Shown: positions 8,558-18,203, counted from the stretch's first letter. The stretch is 64,000 bases of DNA from Acidimicrobiales bacterium (GCA_050742455.1 JBOGIG010000029.1:3455-67454); one strand, 5' to 3'. Numbers and translations: made by a program. The notes: generated from the letters alone by a model not told the origin.

Positions 8558-8723
8558 CCAGGCGACACACGGGGTCCCGTTTCGAACCCGGTTCACGGCG
8601 TCGGCCGGACATCCGCCGTCCTTGGCCTCGAATCCGACGCCTTCGGCCCCAGGAGTGGTCAAGTAATGTTCCCGCGATGGCCGCCACGCGACGTCGCCGC
8701 CGGCCCCTACCCGTCCGCCGAGT

Positions 8724-9977
8724 GTGGAGGACCTCGGATTGAGCCTGGCCCTCGGGATCCTGGGCTTCGTCCTGGCCGGCCTGGCGGGGCTGGCAACGAT
8801 CCTCCTCGCCACATCGCGCCGCTCCGCCTCCAGGCGCATGCAGGCTGTCGTCACGCGCCTGGAAACCGGGTGGGGACCACCCATGTTGGAGTCCAAAGGC
8901 CAACAATCCTGCCTGAACCGCCTGGAGCGGGTAGCCGGGACGGCCAAGGCGTCGGTAACCGAGGCCGAGGAACGGACTACCCGACTCGGTCGGGCCCTGG
9001 ACGCCCTGGAAGTGGGAGTCGTCGTGTGTGACCAAGACGGGGAGGTGGTCTATCGCAATCGAGCCATGGATTCCATAGTGGGCAACCGCCGCACCGACGC
9101 AGTAGCCATCAAGGCCGTACAGGAAATGTTGGCCGAGAGCGCCGTCACCGCCCCCCTTACCCGGGCACTGGACCTGTACGGACCGCCGCGACGGACCCTG
9201 ATCGTGCACACCTCTGTGGTCGACGATGGCCGACGGGCCATCGGGGCCATTGCCGTGCTCGAGGACGTCACCGAGCGCAAACGACTGGAGGCGGTCAGGC
9301 GGGACTTCGTGGCCAATGTGAGCCATGAGCTGAAGACTCCCATTGGGGCCCTGGGACTACTGGCCGAGACCCTGGCGGCCGAGGACGACCCGGGTGTATC
9401 GCGACGGCTGGCCGAGCGGATACACAACGAGGCGTTCCGAGTGAGCCGGATGATCGAGGACCTGTTGGACCTCAGCCATATCGAGGCCGAGGAATCCCCG
9501 ATCAGGGAAGTGATATCTCTCAATCTTGTCCTGGCCGAGGCGGTCGACAGTGTTCGGGGACTGGCGGCGTCGGCGGGCGTGACGGTGGAGGTGACCGAGG
9601 CAATAGGCGCCGATCTCGTCCTTGGTGATCGGCGCCAGCTCACCTCCGCTGTCAACAACCTCTGCGAAAATGCCATCAAGTACTCCGAGAGTGGTTCGAC
9701 GGTGCACGCACGGGCGTCGACGGCTGAGAGCTGGGCATTGATCGAAGTCACCGACCACGGTATCGGAATCCCGTCGCGGGACTTGGAGCGGATCTTCGAG
9801 CGCTTCTACCGGGTCGAGGCCGCCCGCAGCCGCAAGAGCGGGGGGACGGGATTGGGACTGGCTATCGTGCGACACGTGGCCGGCATCCACATGGGCCGGG
9901 TCGAGGTGGCATCGCGCGAAGGCGAGGGGTCGACCTTCACGCTCAGGATTCCCCTCGCTCCAGGTCCCGTGACATGA
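8724..9977 (+). CDS. senX3: Phosphate-responsive sensor histidine kinase
   Basis: TM N-terminus, PAS-like segment, HisKA box FVANVSHELKTPIGAL, and HATPase G-boxes GGTGLGLAIVRHV. It overlaps the cognate regulator by 4 nt. Confidence 0.8.
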   Translation: MEDLGLSLALGILGFVLAGLAGLATILLATSRRSASRRMQAVVTRLETGWGPPMLESKGQQSCLNRLERVAGTAKASVTEAEERTTRLGRALDALEVGVVVCDQDGEVVYRNRAMDSIVGNRRTDAVAIKAVQEMLAESAVTAPLTRALDLYGPPRRTLIVHTSVVDDGRRAIGAIAVLEDVTERKRLEAVRRDFVANVSHELKTPIGALGLLAETLAAEDDPGVSRRLAERIHNEAFRVSRMIEDLLDLSHIEAEESPIREVISLNLVLAEAVDSVRGLAASAGVTVEVTEAIGADLVLGDRRQLTSAVNNLCENAIKYSESGSTVHARASTAESWALIEVTDHGIGIPSRDLERIFERFYRVEAARSRKSGGTGLGLAIVRHVAGIHMGRVEVASREGEGSTFTLRIPLAPGPVT

Positions 9978-10780
9978 GCGAGACCCGGCCCAAGGTATTA
10001 GTTGCCGACGATGAAGAGTCGTTCCTGGAGGCACTGCAAATCGGATTGACCCGGGAAGGCTTCGTTGTGGAGCTGGCTCGCGATGGGATGGAAGCGCTGG
10101 AGAAGTTCGCCGCCACCGATCCGGACCTGGTCCTGTTGGACGTCATGCTTCCCGGGCTTTCGGGAATCGACGTCTGCCGCGAGATCCGCAGACTCTCGCC
10201 GGTGCCAATCATCATGGTCACGGCCAAGGACACCGAGATCGACACGGTGGTGGGCCTGGAAGTCGGAGCTGACGACTACGTGGCTAAGCCCTACCGCCTC
10301 AGAGAGCTGGTGGCCCGCATGCGCGCCGTCCTGCGCCGCACTCCCGCCTCCGACGAAGCCAGTGGCGGTGCTCTCACGGATGCCGACCGCCCGAGCCTGG
10401 CGGTGGGAGAGGTAACACTTGACCCAGCGCGCCACGAGGTCACCGTGAGGGGGGAGAATGTACACCTGCCCCTGAAGGAGTTCGAGCTTTTGGAATTGCT
10501 GCTGACAAACGCCGGGAGGGTCCTTACCCGAGATATTCTCATCGGGCGCGTTTGGGGCCATGATTACTTCGGAGATACCAAGACCCTCGATGTCCACATC
10601 AAGCGGCTGCGGGCTCGCCTGGAGAGCGACCCGGCCCGACCGACGCTGATCACCACCATTCGCGGTCTCGGCTACCGCTATGAGAAGACTTCCACCAATC
10701 GCTCGGGCCGACTGGCGGTAGGACCCCACCAGAGTGGTCCCCCAGACCACCCTCAATCTGACGAAGGAGGCCGGCCATGA
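9974..10780 (+). CDS. regX3: OmpR-family response regulator
   Basis: VLVADDEESF...DLVLLDVMLPGLSG...VTAKD...GADDYVAKPY plus a winged-helix end IRGLGYRY. It carries a tail of about 30 aa running into phoU. Confidence 0.85.
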   Translation: MSETRPKVLVADDEESFLEALQIGLTREGFVVELARDGMEALEKFAATDPDLVLLDVMLPGLSGIDVCREIRRLSPVPIIMVTAKDTEIDTVVGLEVGADDYVAKPYRLRELVARMRAVLRRTPASDEASGGALTDADRPSLAVGEVTLDPARHEVTVRGENVHLPLKEFELLELLLTNAGRVLTRDILIGRVWGHDYFGDTKTLDVHIKRLRARLESDPARPTLITTIRGLGYRYEKTSTNRSGRLAVGPHQSGPPDHPQSDEGGRP

Positions 10781-11514
10781 CCGGCACACGCAAGGCATTC
10801 CACGAAGAGATAACCGAGATGGAAGACGATGTAATACGCATGGGGGCCATGGTCATCGAGGCCATCGGGGGAGCGGCCTCGTCCCTCCTGGACGGCGATC
10901 TTCAGGCCGTGGAACGGGTGATCGAGAACGACAAGGCCATAGACGACCTCACCCATTCAATCGAGGAGCGATGCTATTTGCTCTTGGCTCGTCAGCAGCC
11001 GATGGCCATCGACCTGCGCACGATCGTGGGAGTGCTGAGAGTGATCCACGAGCTCGAACGCGCGGGGGACAATATGAAGAGCGTGGCCAAGGCCTCCCGT
11101 CGGTTGTACCCCCACGGCCTTGAGCCCAAGATGAGGGGCCTGATCGACCGCATGCGCGACCAGGCCACAGTGCAGATGCGCCTGGCCATAGATGCCTTCG
11201 CCGACCGGGACCCGGTTCGAGCCACGGCCCTCGAGGACATGGACGACGTCATGGACGACCTGCAGAAAGACCTGTTCCGAACGATTTTCGCGGCTGCCGC
11301 CATTGACGACGTGTCCATTCACCGCGCCGTGCAGGTGACCCTCATCGGACGCTTCTTCGAACGCACCGCCGATCATGCCGTCAACATTGGAGATCGCGTG
11401 GCCTACATGGTTACTGGCAGGTTCCCCGAAGGTCCCAAAGGGCCGGCCCACCTATCGGGTAATGGTGCCCAGGGATCCAATGGGGAACGCGCTGCCGACG
11501 CACCCTCTTCGTGA
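10777..11514 (+). CDS. phoU: Phosphate signalling complex protein PhoU
   Basis: 245 aa. Duplicated PhoU helical repeats (E..D..ID, RIGDHA-like FERTADHAVNIGDRV). The ATGA overlap with the regX3 stop was seen. Confidence 0.85.
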   Translation: MTGTRKAFHEEITEMEDDVIRMGAMVIEAIGGAASSLLDGDLQAVERVIENDKAIDDLTHSIEERCYLLLARQQPMAIDLRTIVGVLRVIHELERAGDNMKSVAKASRRLYPHGLEPKMRGLIDRMRDQATVQMRLAIDAFADRDPVRATALEDMDDVMDDLQKDLFRTIFAAAAIDDVSIHRAVQVTLIGRFFERTADHAVNIGDRVAYMVTGRFPEGPKGPAHLSGNGAQGSNGERAADAPSS

Positions 11515-11579
11515 CCACGAACCCAACCAGCCAAGCGCACGCCGGCCAGGGCCGGCGGCGCCCGTCGTTACTTCGGCCC

Positions 11580-11660
11580 GTTACCGCGCTCCGGCCTGTT
11601 ACCGCGCCCCGGCCTGTTACCGCGCCCCGGCCTGTTACCGCGCCTCGGCCTGTAACCGCA
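11580..11660. repeat. Tandem repeat, 18 bp x about 4.5 (GTTACCGCGCCCCGGCCT, 1-2 variant bases)
   Basis: Read directly. It lies in the convergent intergenic region between the phoU stop and the anti-sigma stop. Confidence 0.95.
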
Positions 11661-11683
11661 CTATCCCCGCCCCGAGGGGTCGA

Positions 11684-12460
11684 TCAGGCAAAGTGCGCCG
11701 TAGCCAGGGTAGAGCCTCCCGGCTGAACCAGGCGAGCCTCGACCACCTGCCCGAGGCCGGCAGGCACCGGTGCGCCCCAGTCGCCCCGTCCCTCATATAG
11801 GTTGAATTCTCCGACCAGCACGTCGCGTCCGGTGCTGAATTCCAGGTGGCACTGGATCGGCCCCTTGCCCACCCCTGCGTCATTGACCGACATAAACACC
11901 CAGGTAGGTTTGGCCGGGTCCACTAAGACCACGCCCAAGCTTCTCGAAGAAGGCGACAGCAACGGACTGGCCAGCAACGTGCCTTGACTGTGCGGCACGG
12001 CAACGGCCGAGCGACTTACCGGTCCGGAGTCCGATCGACTCAGAGCCCACAGGCCGGTCCCGGTGAGGAGCACAAGGGCAGCCACCACTGCCGCCGCCTT
12101 GAGCCGGAAGGGGCCTCGCAGCCCCATGAGTACACCTCGACCGAGCCGCCGCTCTTGGCCAATTGACAGGTCCCCCATCATCGACAGGTCCGCGGTCCGC
12201 TCGACGCCGGACATGGCCATCCGGTCCAGCACTCGGGTCTCGAATCCAGCCGGAGGCTCGGCTTGCGGCGCAAAGGCAATGACGGCATCGCTGGCCTTGG
12301 TCAGCTCCGCCACCAACCGACGACAGCGCCCGCAGGCCTCCAGGTGGTTCAGGGCCCGAGCCCTTTTGGGACCGGTGAGGATGCCCAGGGCCAGTTCGCA
12401 GGCCACCTCGGCCAGCTCCTGACATCCGCCGTGGTCCACGGAATCGCGTCCGTGGTCCAC
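11684..12460 (-). CDS. Anti-sigma factor (zf-HC2 type) with one TM helix
   Basis: N-terminal H-x3-C-x2-C motif (NHLEACGRCRRL), a central TM helix (AAVVAALVLLTGTGLWAL), and a start 2 nt after the sigma gene stop. Confidence 0.7.
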   Translation of the reverse strand: MDHGRDSVDHGGCQELAEVACELALGILTGPKRARALNHLEACGRCRRLVAELTKASDAVIAFAPQAEPPAGFETRVLDRMAMSGVERTADLSMMGDLSIGQERRLGRGVLMGLRGPFRLKAAAVVAALVLLTGTGLWALSRSDSGPVSRSAVAVPHSQGTLLASPLLSPSSRSLGVVLVDPAKPTWVFMSVNDAGVGKGPIQCHLEFSTGRDVLVGEFNLYEGRGDWGAPVPAGLGQVVEARLVQPGGSTLATAHFA

Positions 12461-12461
12461 G

Positions 12462-13040
12462 TCAGGTCAGCTCCGAGGTCGGCACCATGGCCGCTCTGAC
12501 CTTGATCAGAGCGGTGCGTATGCGTGTCTTGGCCGTCCCCAGCGGAATGTTCTCGATGACCCCGATCTCGGCTGCCGTACGCCCACCGAAGCTGGCCAGC
12601 ACCAGAGCCCGGCGCTGTTCCACGGGCAGTGTCTTGAGCACCTCGGTTAGGGCCGCGGCATCCTCGTCGGCCACGACCCTTTCGTCGGGACCGATTTGAA
12701 AATGATGAGGCCAGGGATCACTGATGTTGTGCGGGTCGGTCGGATCGGCCCGCTTCATGCGTAGGTGGTCCACGGCCAAGTTGCGGGTGATGGTGAGCAG
12801 CCAACTTACGACGCTTCCCCGTCTGGGGTCGAAGGCCGGAGCGTGCTTCCAGGCTCTAAATATGGCCTCTTGGGCGATGTCCTCGGCTTGTGACGAATCG
12901 CCCAGCATCTGAAAGGCCAACCCGTAGACCCGGCGCTGGAACCGGCGCACAAAGGCTACTCCGGCTTGCTGGTCGCCCACGCTCATTCCGGTCAGCAGCG
13001 CCTCGTCCGAAAGCGCCGATCCGTCCCAAAGTTCAGCCAC
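12462..13040 (-). CDS. ECF-type RNA polymerase sigma factor
   Basis: Region 2 (DIAQEAIFRAWKH...WLLTITRNLAVDHLR) and region 4 (LPVEQRRALVLASFGGRTAAEIG...GTAKTRI). Confidence 0.85.
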   Translation of the reverse strand: MAELWDGSALSDEALLTGMSVGDQQAGVAFVRRFQRRVYGLAFQMLGDSSQAEDIAQEAIFRAWKHAPAFDPRRGSVVSWLLTITRNLAVDHLRMKRADPTDPHNISDPWPHHFQIGPDERVVADEDAAALTEVLKTLPVEQRRALVLASFGGRTAAEIGVIENIPLGTAKTRIRTALIKVRAAMVPTSELT

Positions 13041-13173
13041 AACTATCCCTACGGGATTCGAGGGTTCCGGGATTGGATAACCGTCCCTTGCCCAGATGGG
13101 CCAATCCCGGCACCGGCCCGGCCCGTATGCCCACCAACTGCACGTTCCCGCACGAACCGGACCGAGTCACGAA

Positions 13174-13743
13174 ATGAGGCCCCCTGCCATGCCGAGAATT
13201 CTTCCATTTAGCGCCTCCCTGCTGGCCCTTAGCGTGTCGGCAGCCGCTTGCGGAGCCACGGTTGCCCACCACCAAGTTCGCCGACCGAACCCCTCGTCGC
13301 AAGGTTCCCAGAACACCTTGTCTTCCTCCAGTTCATCTACCTCCCTGCCTGACCCGACTGGTGGCATCTCGTCGACGCCGGGCTCAGCAACCACACCACC
13401 CTCTCCAGGGTCAACTGCAAACTCGATCCAACCCAGATTCTCCACGGGGCCGGCGCTCTCGTCCGGCTCGGGGGCGCCATTCACCGGCGCGGGGACTCCT
13501 GTTCCGAGCGCCCCTCCACCCCAAGGGGGGCCGCAGGGAACTCAACCCCCTTCTACCGCTCCGCCACCCCCCGCGACCCAGCCACCCAGCCCGCCAGCGT
13601 CCCTTCCCCCCACCACACCGCCCCCTACGACTCAGCCGCCCAGCCCGCCGACCACCTCGCCGTCGGGCATTCCTCAAGGAGGCGGGGGCGACCACGACGG
13701 TGACAACTCGGGTGGGCCGAGCGATGGGGACGGCGCCACGTAA
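13174..13743 (+). CDS. Pro/Ser/Thr-rich putative lipoprotein
   Basis: The internal ATG of ORF 13096..13743 gives MRPPAMPRILPFSASLLALSVSAAAC with a lipobox-like AAC. The remainder is low-complexity P/T/S-rich. The start is uncertain. Confidence 0.45.
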   Translation: MRPPAMPRILPFSASLLALSVSAAACGATVAHHQVRRPNPSSQGSQNTLSSSSSSTSLPDPTGGISSTPGSATTPPSPGSTANSIQPRFSTGPALSSGSGAPFTGAGTPVPSAPPPQGGPQGTQPPSTAPPPPATQPPSPPASLPPTTPPPTTQPPSPPTTSPSGIPQGGGGDHDGDNSGGPSDGDGAT

Positions 13744-13768
13744 TCGAGGGACCGGCGGTCCTGGCCGA

Positions 13769-14971
13769 TCAGGCGATGGAACTGCCTGAACCGGCGACCA
13801 CATCCTGGCGAAGGCCAAAATTGACCAGGTCCCGGAGCCGGGGGTCATTGGAGAACACCTCGGTCATGGGCTCAGACAAACCCAGCCTCCGTTGCAACAG
13901 TTCGGTGGCCACTACCTGGTCCCACAGCACCAGGGTGGCTACCACACCTTCCTCCCCGGCCCGGGCCGTTCGCCCCGAACGATGCAGGTAACCCTTGTGG
14001 TCCTCGGGCGGGTCATAGTGGATTACCACGTCAATCCCGTCGATGTGAATGCCCCGGGCGGCCACGTCGGTGGCCACCAGGGCGGCCAGCTTTCCGTCGG
14101 CGAAGTCCTTGATGGCCCGCTCCCTCACGTTCTGTCGCAGGTCCCCGTGGATGGTGCCGGCCTTAATCCCTTCACGTTGCAGTTGGCCCACCAGACGGTC
14201 GGCGCCACGCTTGGTGCGAACAAAGATCAAGGTGCGGTAAACCCCTTGGGTGATGGCCGCGGCCACCTTGACCTTGTCCATCTGGTGAACGGACAGAAAT
14301 CGGTGCAGCATGGACGACACGGTCACATCCCGGGCGCTTACCCGGTGTTCGACGGGATCCGACATGTAGCGGCTGCGCAGTCTCTCCACATCGCCGTCCA
14401 AGGTGGCTGAAAACAACAGCGTCTGGTGCTTTTCGGGCAGGCGGCGAAGGACCCACTCGACCTGTGGCATGAAGCCCATGTCCGCCATGCGGTCTGCTTC
14501 GTCCAGCACCAGGGCAGTCACGTCTCCGACGCTGAGCTCACCGCGATCACCCAGGTCGATGAGGCGACCCGGTGTGGCAATCGCCACGTCCACTCCCCGG
14601 CGCAGGGCCTCGATCTGGCGATCCATATTTGCCCCCCCATAGAACGAACCGACCCGCAGGCCCAAGACCTTGCCCAGGGGAGCCATCACCTCGCTGACCT
14701 GGGCCGCCAATTCCCGGGTGGGGACCAGCACCAAGGCCACGGGCCGGCCCGGGCCGGCCGCCACCGAAGCGTTCTGGAGGAGCGGCAGACCGAAGGCCAG
14801 CGTCTTACCCGACCCGGTCTTGGCCTGCCCGCAGACATCACGACCGGACAGAGCGTCGGCAATAGCCAGCTCCTGGATGGGAAAGGGCTCGGAGATTCCG
14901 GAGCGGTCCAGCTCCTGGCACAGGGGGGCAGATACCCCCAAGGAGGCAAACGAAACGGGGCTTTCGGTCAT
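13769..14971 (-). CDS. DEAD-box ATP-dependent RNA helicase
   Basis: Motifs AKTGSGKT, PTRELA, DEAD, SAT and HRSGRTARAG are all present. Confidence 0.9.
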   Translation of the reverse strand: MTESPVSFASLGVSAPLCQELDRSGISEPFPIQELAIADALSGRDVCGQAKTGSGKTLAFGLPLLQNASVAAGPGRPVALVLVPTRELAAQVSEVMAPLGKVLGLRVGSFYGGANMDRQIEALRRGVDVAIATPGRLIDLGDRGELSVGDVTALVLDEADRMADMGFMPQVEWVLRRLPEKHQTLLFSATLDGDVERLRSRYMSDPVEHRVSARDVTVSSMLHRFLSVHQMDKVKVAAAITQGVYRTLIFVRTKRGADRLVGQLQREGIKAGTIHGDLRQNVRERAIKDFADGKLAALVATDVAARGIHIDGIDVVIHYDPPEDHKGYLHRSGRTARAGEEGVVATLVLWDQVVATELLQRRLGLSEPMTEVFSNDPRLRDLVNFGLRQDVVAGSGSSIA

Positions 14972-15148
14972 GTTCTCTCTTCATCGTGCGTGTGAAGACT
15001 CACACGGGGTCAGGGTGGGTCGTCCCCGGCCACGATCGCTCTGCGCCAGGCGCGGGGACAATCTGATGGGTCAATGAGAACAACCCGCGAAAGCCGCCCA
15101 GTGCGGCGATCGCACCAACCAGGATAGCCGGTCTGACCTGCGTAAGCG

Positions 15149-16465
15149 CTATTTCGATGAAATGGTGGCCATGCCCCGCATGTAGGCACGCAGGCACTCG
15201 GGCACGTCGACCGAGCCGTTCGCGCGTCGATGGGTCTCGATCAAGGCGGCCCAAATGCGGGGCCAGGCCAGAGCCGAACCATTCAGCGTGTGCACGAATG
15301 CCGGGCGTGACCCATCATGGGGCCGGTAGCGGAGATTGGCCCGGCGAGCCTGGTAGTCACCGAACCAGGAGACCGAAGACACCTCGAGCCACAACCCACA
15401 GCCCGGGCTGTACACCTCCAGATCGAAGGTGCGCGCCGCCGACTGACCCAGGTCCCCGGCACACAGGTCGACAAGCCGGTATGACAATCCCAATTCCTGC
15501 AGGAGGGACTCGGCCCTCGACAGGAGATTCGCGTGCTCATCTGGTGCCTGCTCAGGTGTGGTGTAGGCCAGGATCTCCACCTTGTCGAACTCGTGCACCC
15601 TCAGCACTCCCCTGGTGTCGCGGCCGGCCGACCCGGCCTCGCGGCGGAAACAGGCAGTCGCGGCACACAGCCTCAATGGCAGGTCGTCTTGGCGCAGGAT
15701 CTCATCGCGTCCGAGCGACGTCAGGGGAACCTCGGCGGTTGGAATGGCCCACAGGTCGTCTCGCTCCACGTGGTAGGCGTCATCGGAGAACTTGGGTAGG
15801 TGTCCGGTTGAGACCATGGTCTCGGTGCGCACCAGGCTGGGGGGGCGAATTTCTTCGAAAGCATCGGAGTGACGGTCAAGGGCAAAAGAGGTGAGGGCTC
15901 GCAGCAGGGTTGCCCCCGCACCGCGATACATGGGGAACATGCTCCCCGACAGCTTGGCCCCCCTCTCCAGATCCAGGATTCCCAGTTCCAAGCCGGCTTC
16001 CCAGTGCGGTACCCGTTGATGGGGTGAGTAGTCATCCTCGGCCGGCTCCCATGACTCGCAGGCGCCAGACCCGGCCCGCCAGTAACGGCGGACCACATTG
16101 TCCTTCTCGCTGTCCCCGTCGGGAGCCTGGGGAGCGGGCAGGTTGGGGATTACCAAGAGCAGATCGCGGAGCCGGCCTTCGACGGTTCCCGCTTCCGCTT
16201 CGACCACCTTGGCCTGTTCGTCCCAATCTCTGGACTCTTGAGCCAGTCGGGATGCCGTCTCGTTGTCGCCGGCACGCTTGGCCTTGCCCACCTTTTGGGA
16301 CAAGTCCTTTATGGCACCCCGTATCCGGTCCCTCCGACCCGCCAACTCCCGATGACGCAGGTCCATCTCGATCACCGCATCCGCGGTGGTGACGTCGACG
16401 CCGCGCCGGGCGAGAGCGAGCTTGGTCCCATCGGGATCCGAGCGCAGCAGGCGAATATCGATCAT
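15149..16465 (-). CDS. serS: Serine--tRNA ligase
   Basis: 438 aa. MIDIRLLRSDPD..., an N-terminal coiled-coil arm and class II core motifs (FRREAGS, GSALA). Confidence 0.9.
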   Translation of the reverse strand: MIDIRLLRSDPDGTKLALARRGVDVTTADAVIEMDLRHRELAGRRDRIRGAIKDLSQKVGKAKRAGDNETASRLAQESRDWDEQAKVVEAEAGTVEGRLRDLLLVIPNLPAPQAPDGDSEKDNVVRRYWRAGSGACESWEPAEDDYSPHQRVPHWEAGLELGILDLERGAKLSGSMFPMYRGAGATLLRALTSFALDRHSDAFEEIRPPSLVRTETMVSTGHLPKFSDDAYHVERDDLWAIPTAEVPLTSLGRDEILRQDDLPLRLCAATACFRREAGSAGRDTRGVLRVHEFDKVEILAYTTPEQAPDEHANLLSRAESLLQELGLSYRLVDLCAGDLGQSAARTFDLEVYSPGCGLWLEVSSVSWFGDYQARRANLRYRPHDGSRPAFVHTLNGSALAWPRIWAALIETHRRANGSVDVPECLRAYMRGMATISSK

Positions 16466-16492
16466 GTGGGTTCAAACAGTAGTGTCCCGACC

Positions 16493-17455
16493 GTGCCCGC
16501 AATTCTGGTCGAGGACCTGGTCGTTTCCTATGGCCCGACCCGGGCCGTAGACCATGTCAGCCTTGGGGCCGAGGCCGGTCAAGTGGTAGCCCTCCTCGGG
16601 CCCAACGGAGCAGGCAAGACCACCACGGTCGAGACGCTCGAAGGCTACCGGCGCCCCGATTCGGGCACTGTGCGGGTCCTCGGGCTGGATCCGGTGAGCG
16701 ACCGCCGGGAACTGGTCCCCCGTATCGGGGTAATGCTGCAACAGGGTGGCCTGTATCCCTCTCTCAGTTCGACCCAAGCAATAAGGCTGTTCTCCCGCCT
16801 TTACGACGACAGCGTCGCAGCGGCCGAGTTGCTCGAAGCCGTGGGGCTTACAAATGTGGCTCGGACGCCTTGGAGATCTCTCTCCGGCGGGGAACGGCAA
16901 CGGCTGGCCCTGGCCCTGGCCCTGATCGGTCGACCTCGGGTGGCCTTCCTGGACGAGCCCACCTCCGGGATCGATCCGACCGGACGCCAGGTCATCCGGA
17001 GGGTGATCAGGGGGCTCGCCGACCAGGGGGTGTGCGTGCTGATGACCACCCACGAATTGGACGAGGCAGAACGTCTGGCCGACCACGTAGTCATCGTCGA
17101 TCGCGGGCGGGTGGTGACCTCGGGCGCGCCGGCCGAGATCATGGCCTCGGGACGGGGCCGCGATATCCGCTTCGGGGCTCCTCCTGCCATTGATGTATCG
17201 GGCTTGGCCCTACGCCTGGGAGGACCGGTCTTTGAGTCGAGCCCCGGTGAATACACGGCCGAGGTTCCCGCCAGTCCCCCCAACGTGGCCGCTCTCACCG
17301 CCTGGCTCGCCGAGCACGATCTTCCCCTCGGCGATCTGCGGGCCGGGCGCCAAAGCCTCGAAGACGTGTTCCTCGCACTCACATCGAACAGCCACGACCC
17401 CTCCGAACCGGCTCCCCCAGGTGGCTCCCGGCGGCAATCCCGACGACGCCGATGA
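16493..17455 (+). CDS. ABC transporter ATP-binding protein (DrrA/ABC-2 type)
   Basis: Walker A GPNGAGKTT, signature LSGGERQRL, Walker B FLDEPTSGID. The track ORF starts inside serS, so I used the in-frame GTG at 16493 (GTG 16466 is also possible). Confidence 0.8.
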   Translation: MPAILVEDLVVSYGPTRAVDHVSLGAEAGQVVALLGPNGAGKTTTVETLEGYRRPDSGTVRVLGLDPVSDRRELVPRIGVMLQQGGLYPSLSSTQAIRLFSRLYDDSVAAAELLEAVGLTNVARTPWRSLSGGERQRLALALALIGRPRVAFLDEPTSGIDPTGRQVIRRVIRGLADQGVCVLMTTHELDEAERLADHVVIVDRGRVVTSGAPAEIMASGRGRDIRFGAPPAIDVSGLALRLGGPVFESSPGEYTAEVPASPPNVAALTAWLAEHDLPLGDLRAGRQSLEDVFLALTSNSHDPSEPAPPGGSRRQSRRRR

Positions 17456-18180
17456 GGCGTCTCGGTGCCCAGTGCGCGGCCGAAGTGACCATGACCATGC
17501 GCCAGGGGGAATCGATGTTGGTGGCCCTGGGCATTCCTGTGTTGTTGCTGGTTTTCTTCTCCGAGGTCAAGGTCCTGCCCACTGGCAGTAGGCCAGTTGA
17601 CTTCCTGACGCCGGGGATTCTGGCCCTGGCGGTCATGTCGAGCGCCATGGTCAGCCTGGGGATCTCCACCGGCTTCGAACGGAGCTATGGAGTACTCAAG
17701 CGCCTCGGCTCCACTCCCCTCACCCGAACCGAGCTGGTCGGGGCCAAGGCAAGCGCCGTGGTGGCCATCGAGACCATCCAGATCGCCGCGCTGGTGGTAG
17801 TGGGACTGGCACTCGGCTGGCGTCCGGGGGGAGGAGTCGGCGGTGCGGCGGTGGTGCTCGGCGCAGTCCTTGCCGGCACCGCTGCCTTTGCCGGCATCGG
17901 CCTGTTTCTGGCCGGCAACTTGTCCGGGCTGACAAATCTGGCCGGAACCAACGGCTTGTACCTGGTGCTGTTGTTGTTGGGGGGGATGGTGGTTCCCCTG
18001 GCCAAATTGCCCGGACCCCTCCAAGCAATAGCCCAGGTGCTACCGGCCGCCGCTCTGTCCCAGCTTCTCCACGGAGCCCTGTCGTCGGGTCCCACATTTC
18101 GGTTGGGATCGGGCTTGATCCTTCTGGCCTGGGCGATTGTTGCCCCGGTGATCGCCGCGGCTACATTCAGTTGGGAGTGA
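17452..18180 (+). CDS. ABC-2 type transporter permease
   Basis: 242 aa, about 6 TM helices, with a 4-nt overlap on the ATPase gene. Confidence 0.75.
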   Translation: MRRLGAQCAAEVTMTMRQGESMLVALGIPVLLLVFFSEVKVLPTGSRPVDFLTPGILALAVMSSAMVSLGISTGFERSYGVLKRLGSTPLTRTELVGAKASAVVAIETIQIAALVVVGLALGWRPGGGVGGAAVVLGAVLAGTAAFAGIGLFLAGNLSGLTNLAGTNGLYLVLLLLGGMVVPLAKLPGPLQAIAQVLPAAALSQLLHGALSSGPTFRLGSGLILLAWAIVAPVIAAATFSWE

Positions 18181-18203
18181 CACTCGACGATACCGAACAA
18201 TCG

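Noticed and set aside
8557-8723. PHO box upstream of senX3
   Set aside because: Only a single GGTTCAC-like unit (around 8609) is present, without the 11-nt periodic partners. That is insufficient to call.
16801-18024. 407-aa minus-strand ORF
   Set aside because: It is antisense to the ABC ATPase and permease genes. The Gly/Arg/Pro/Ser-rich translation has no recognisable domain.
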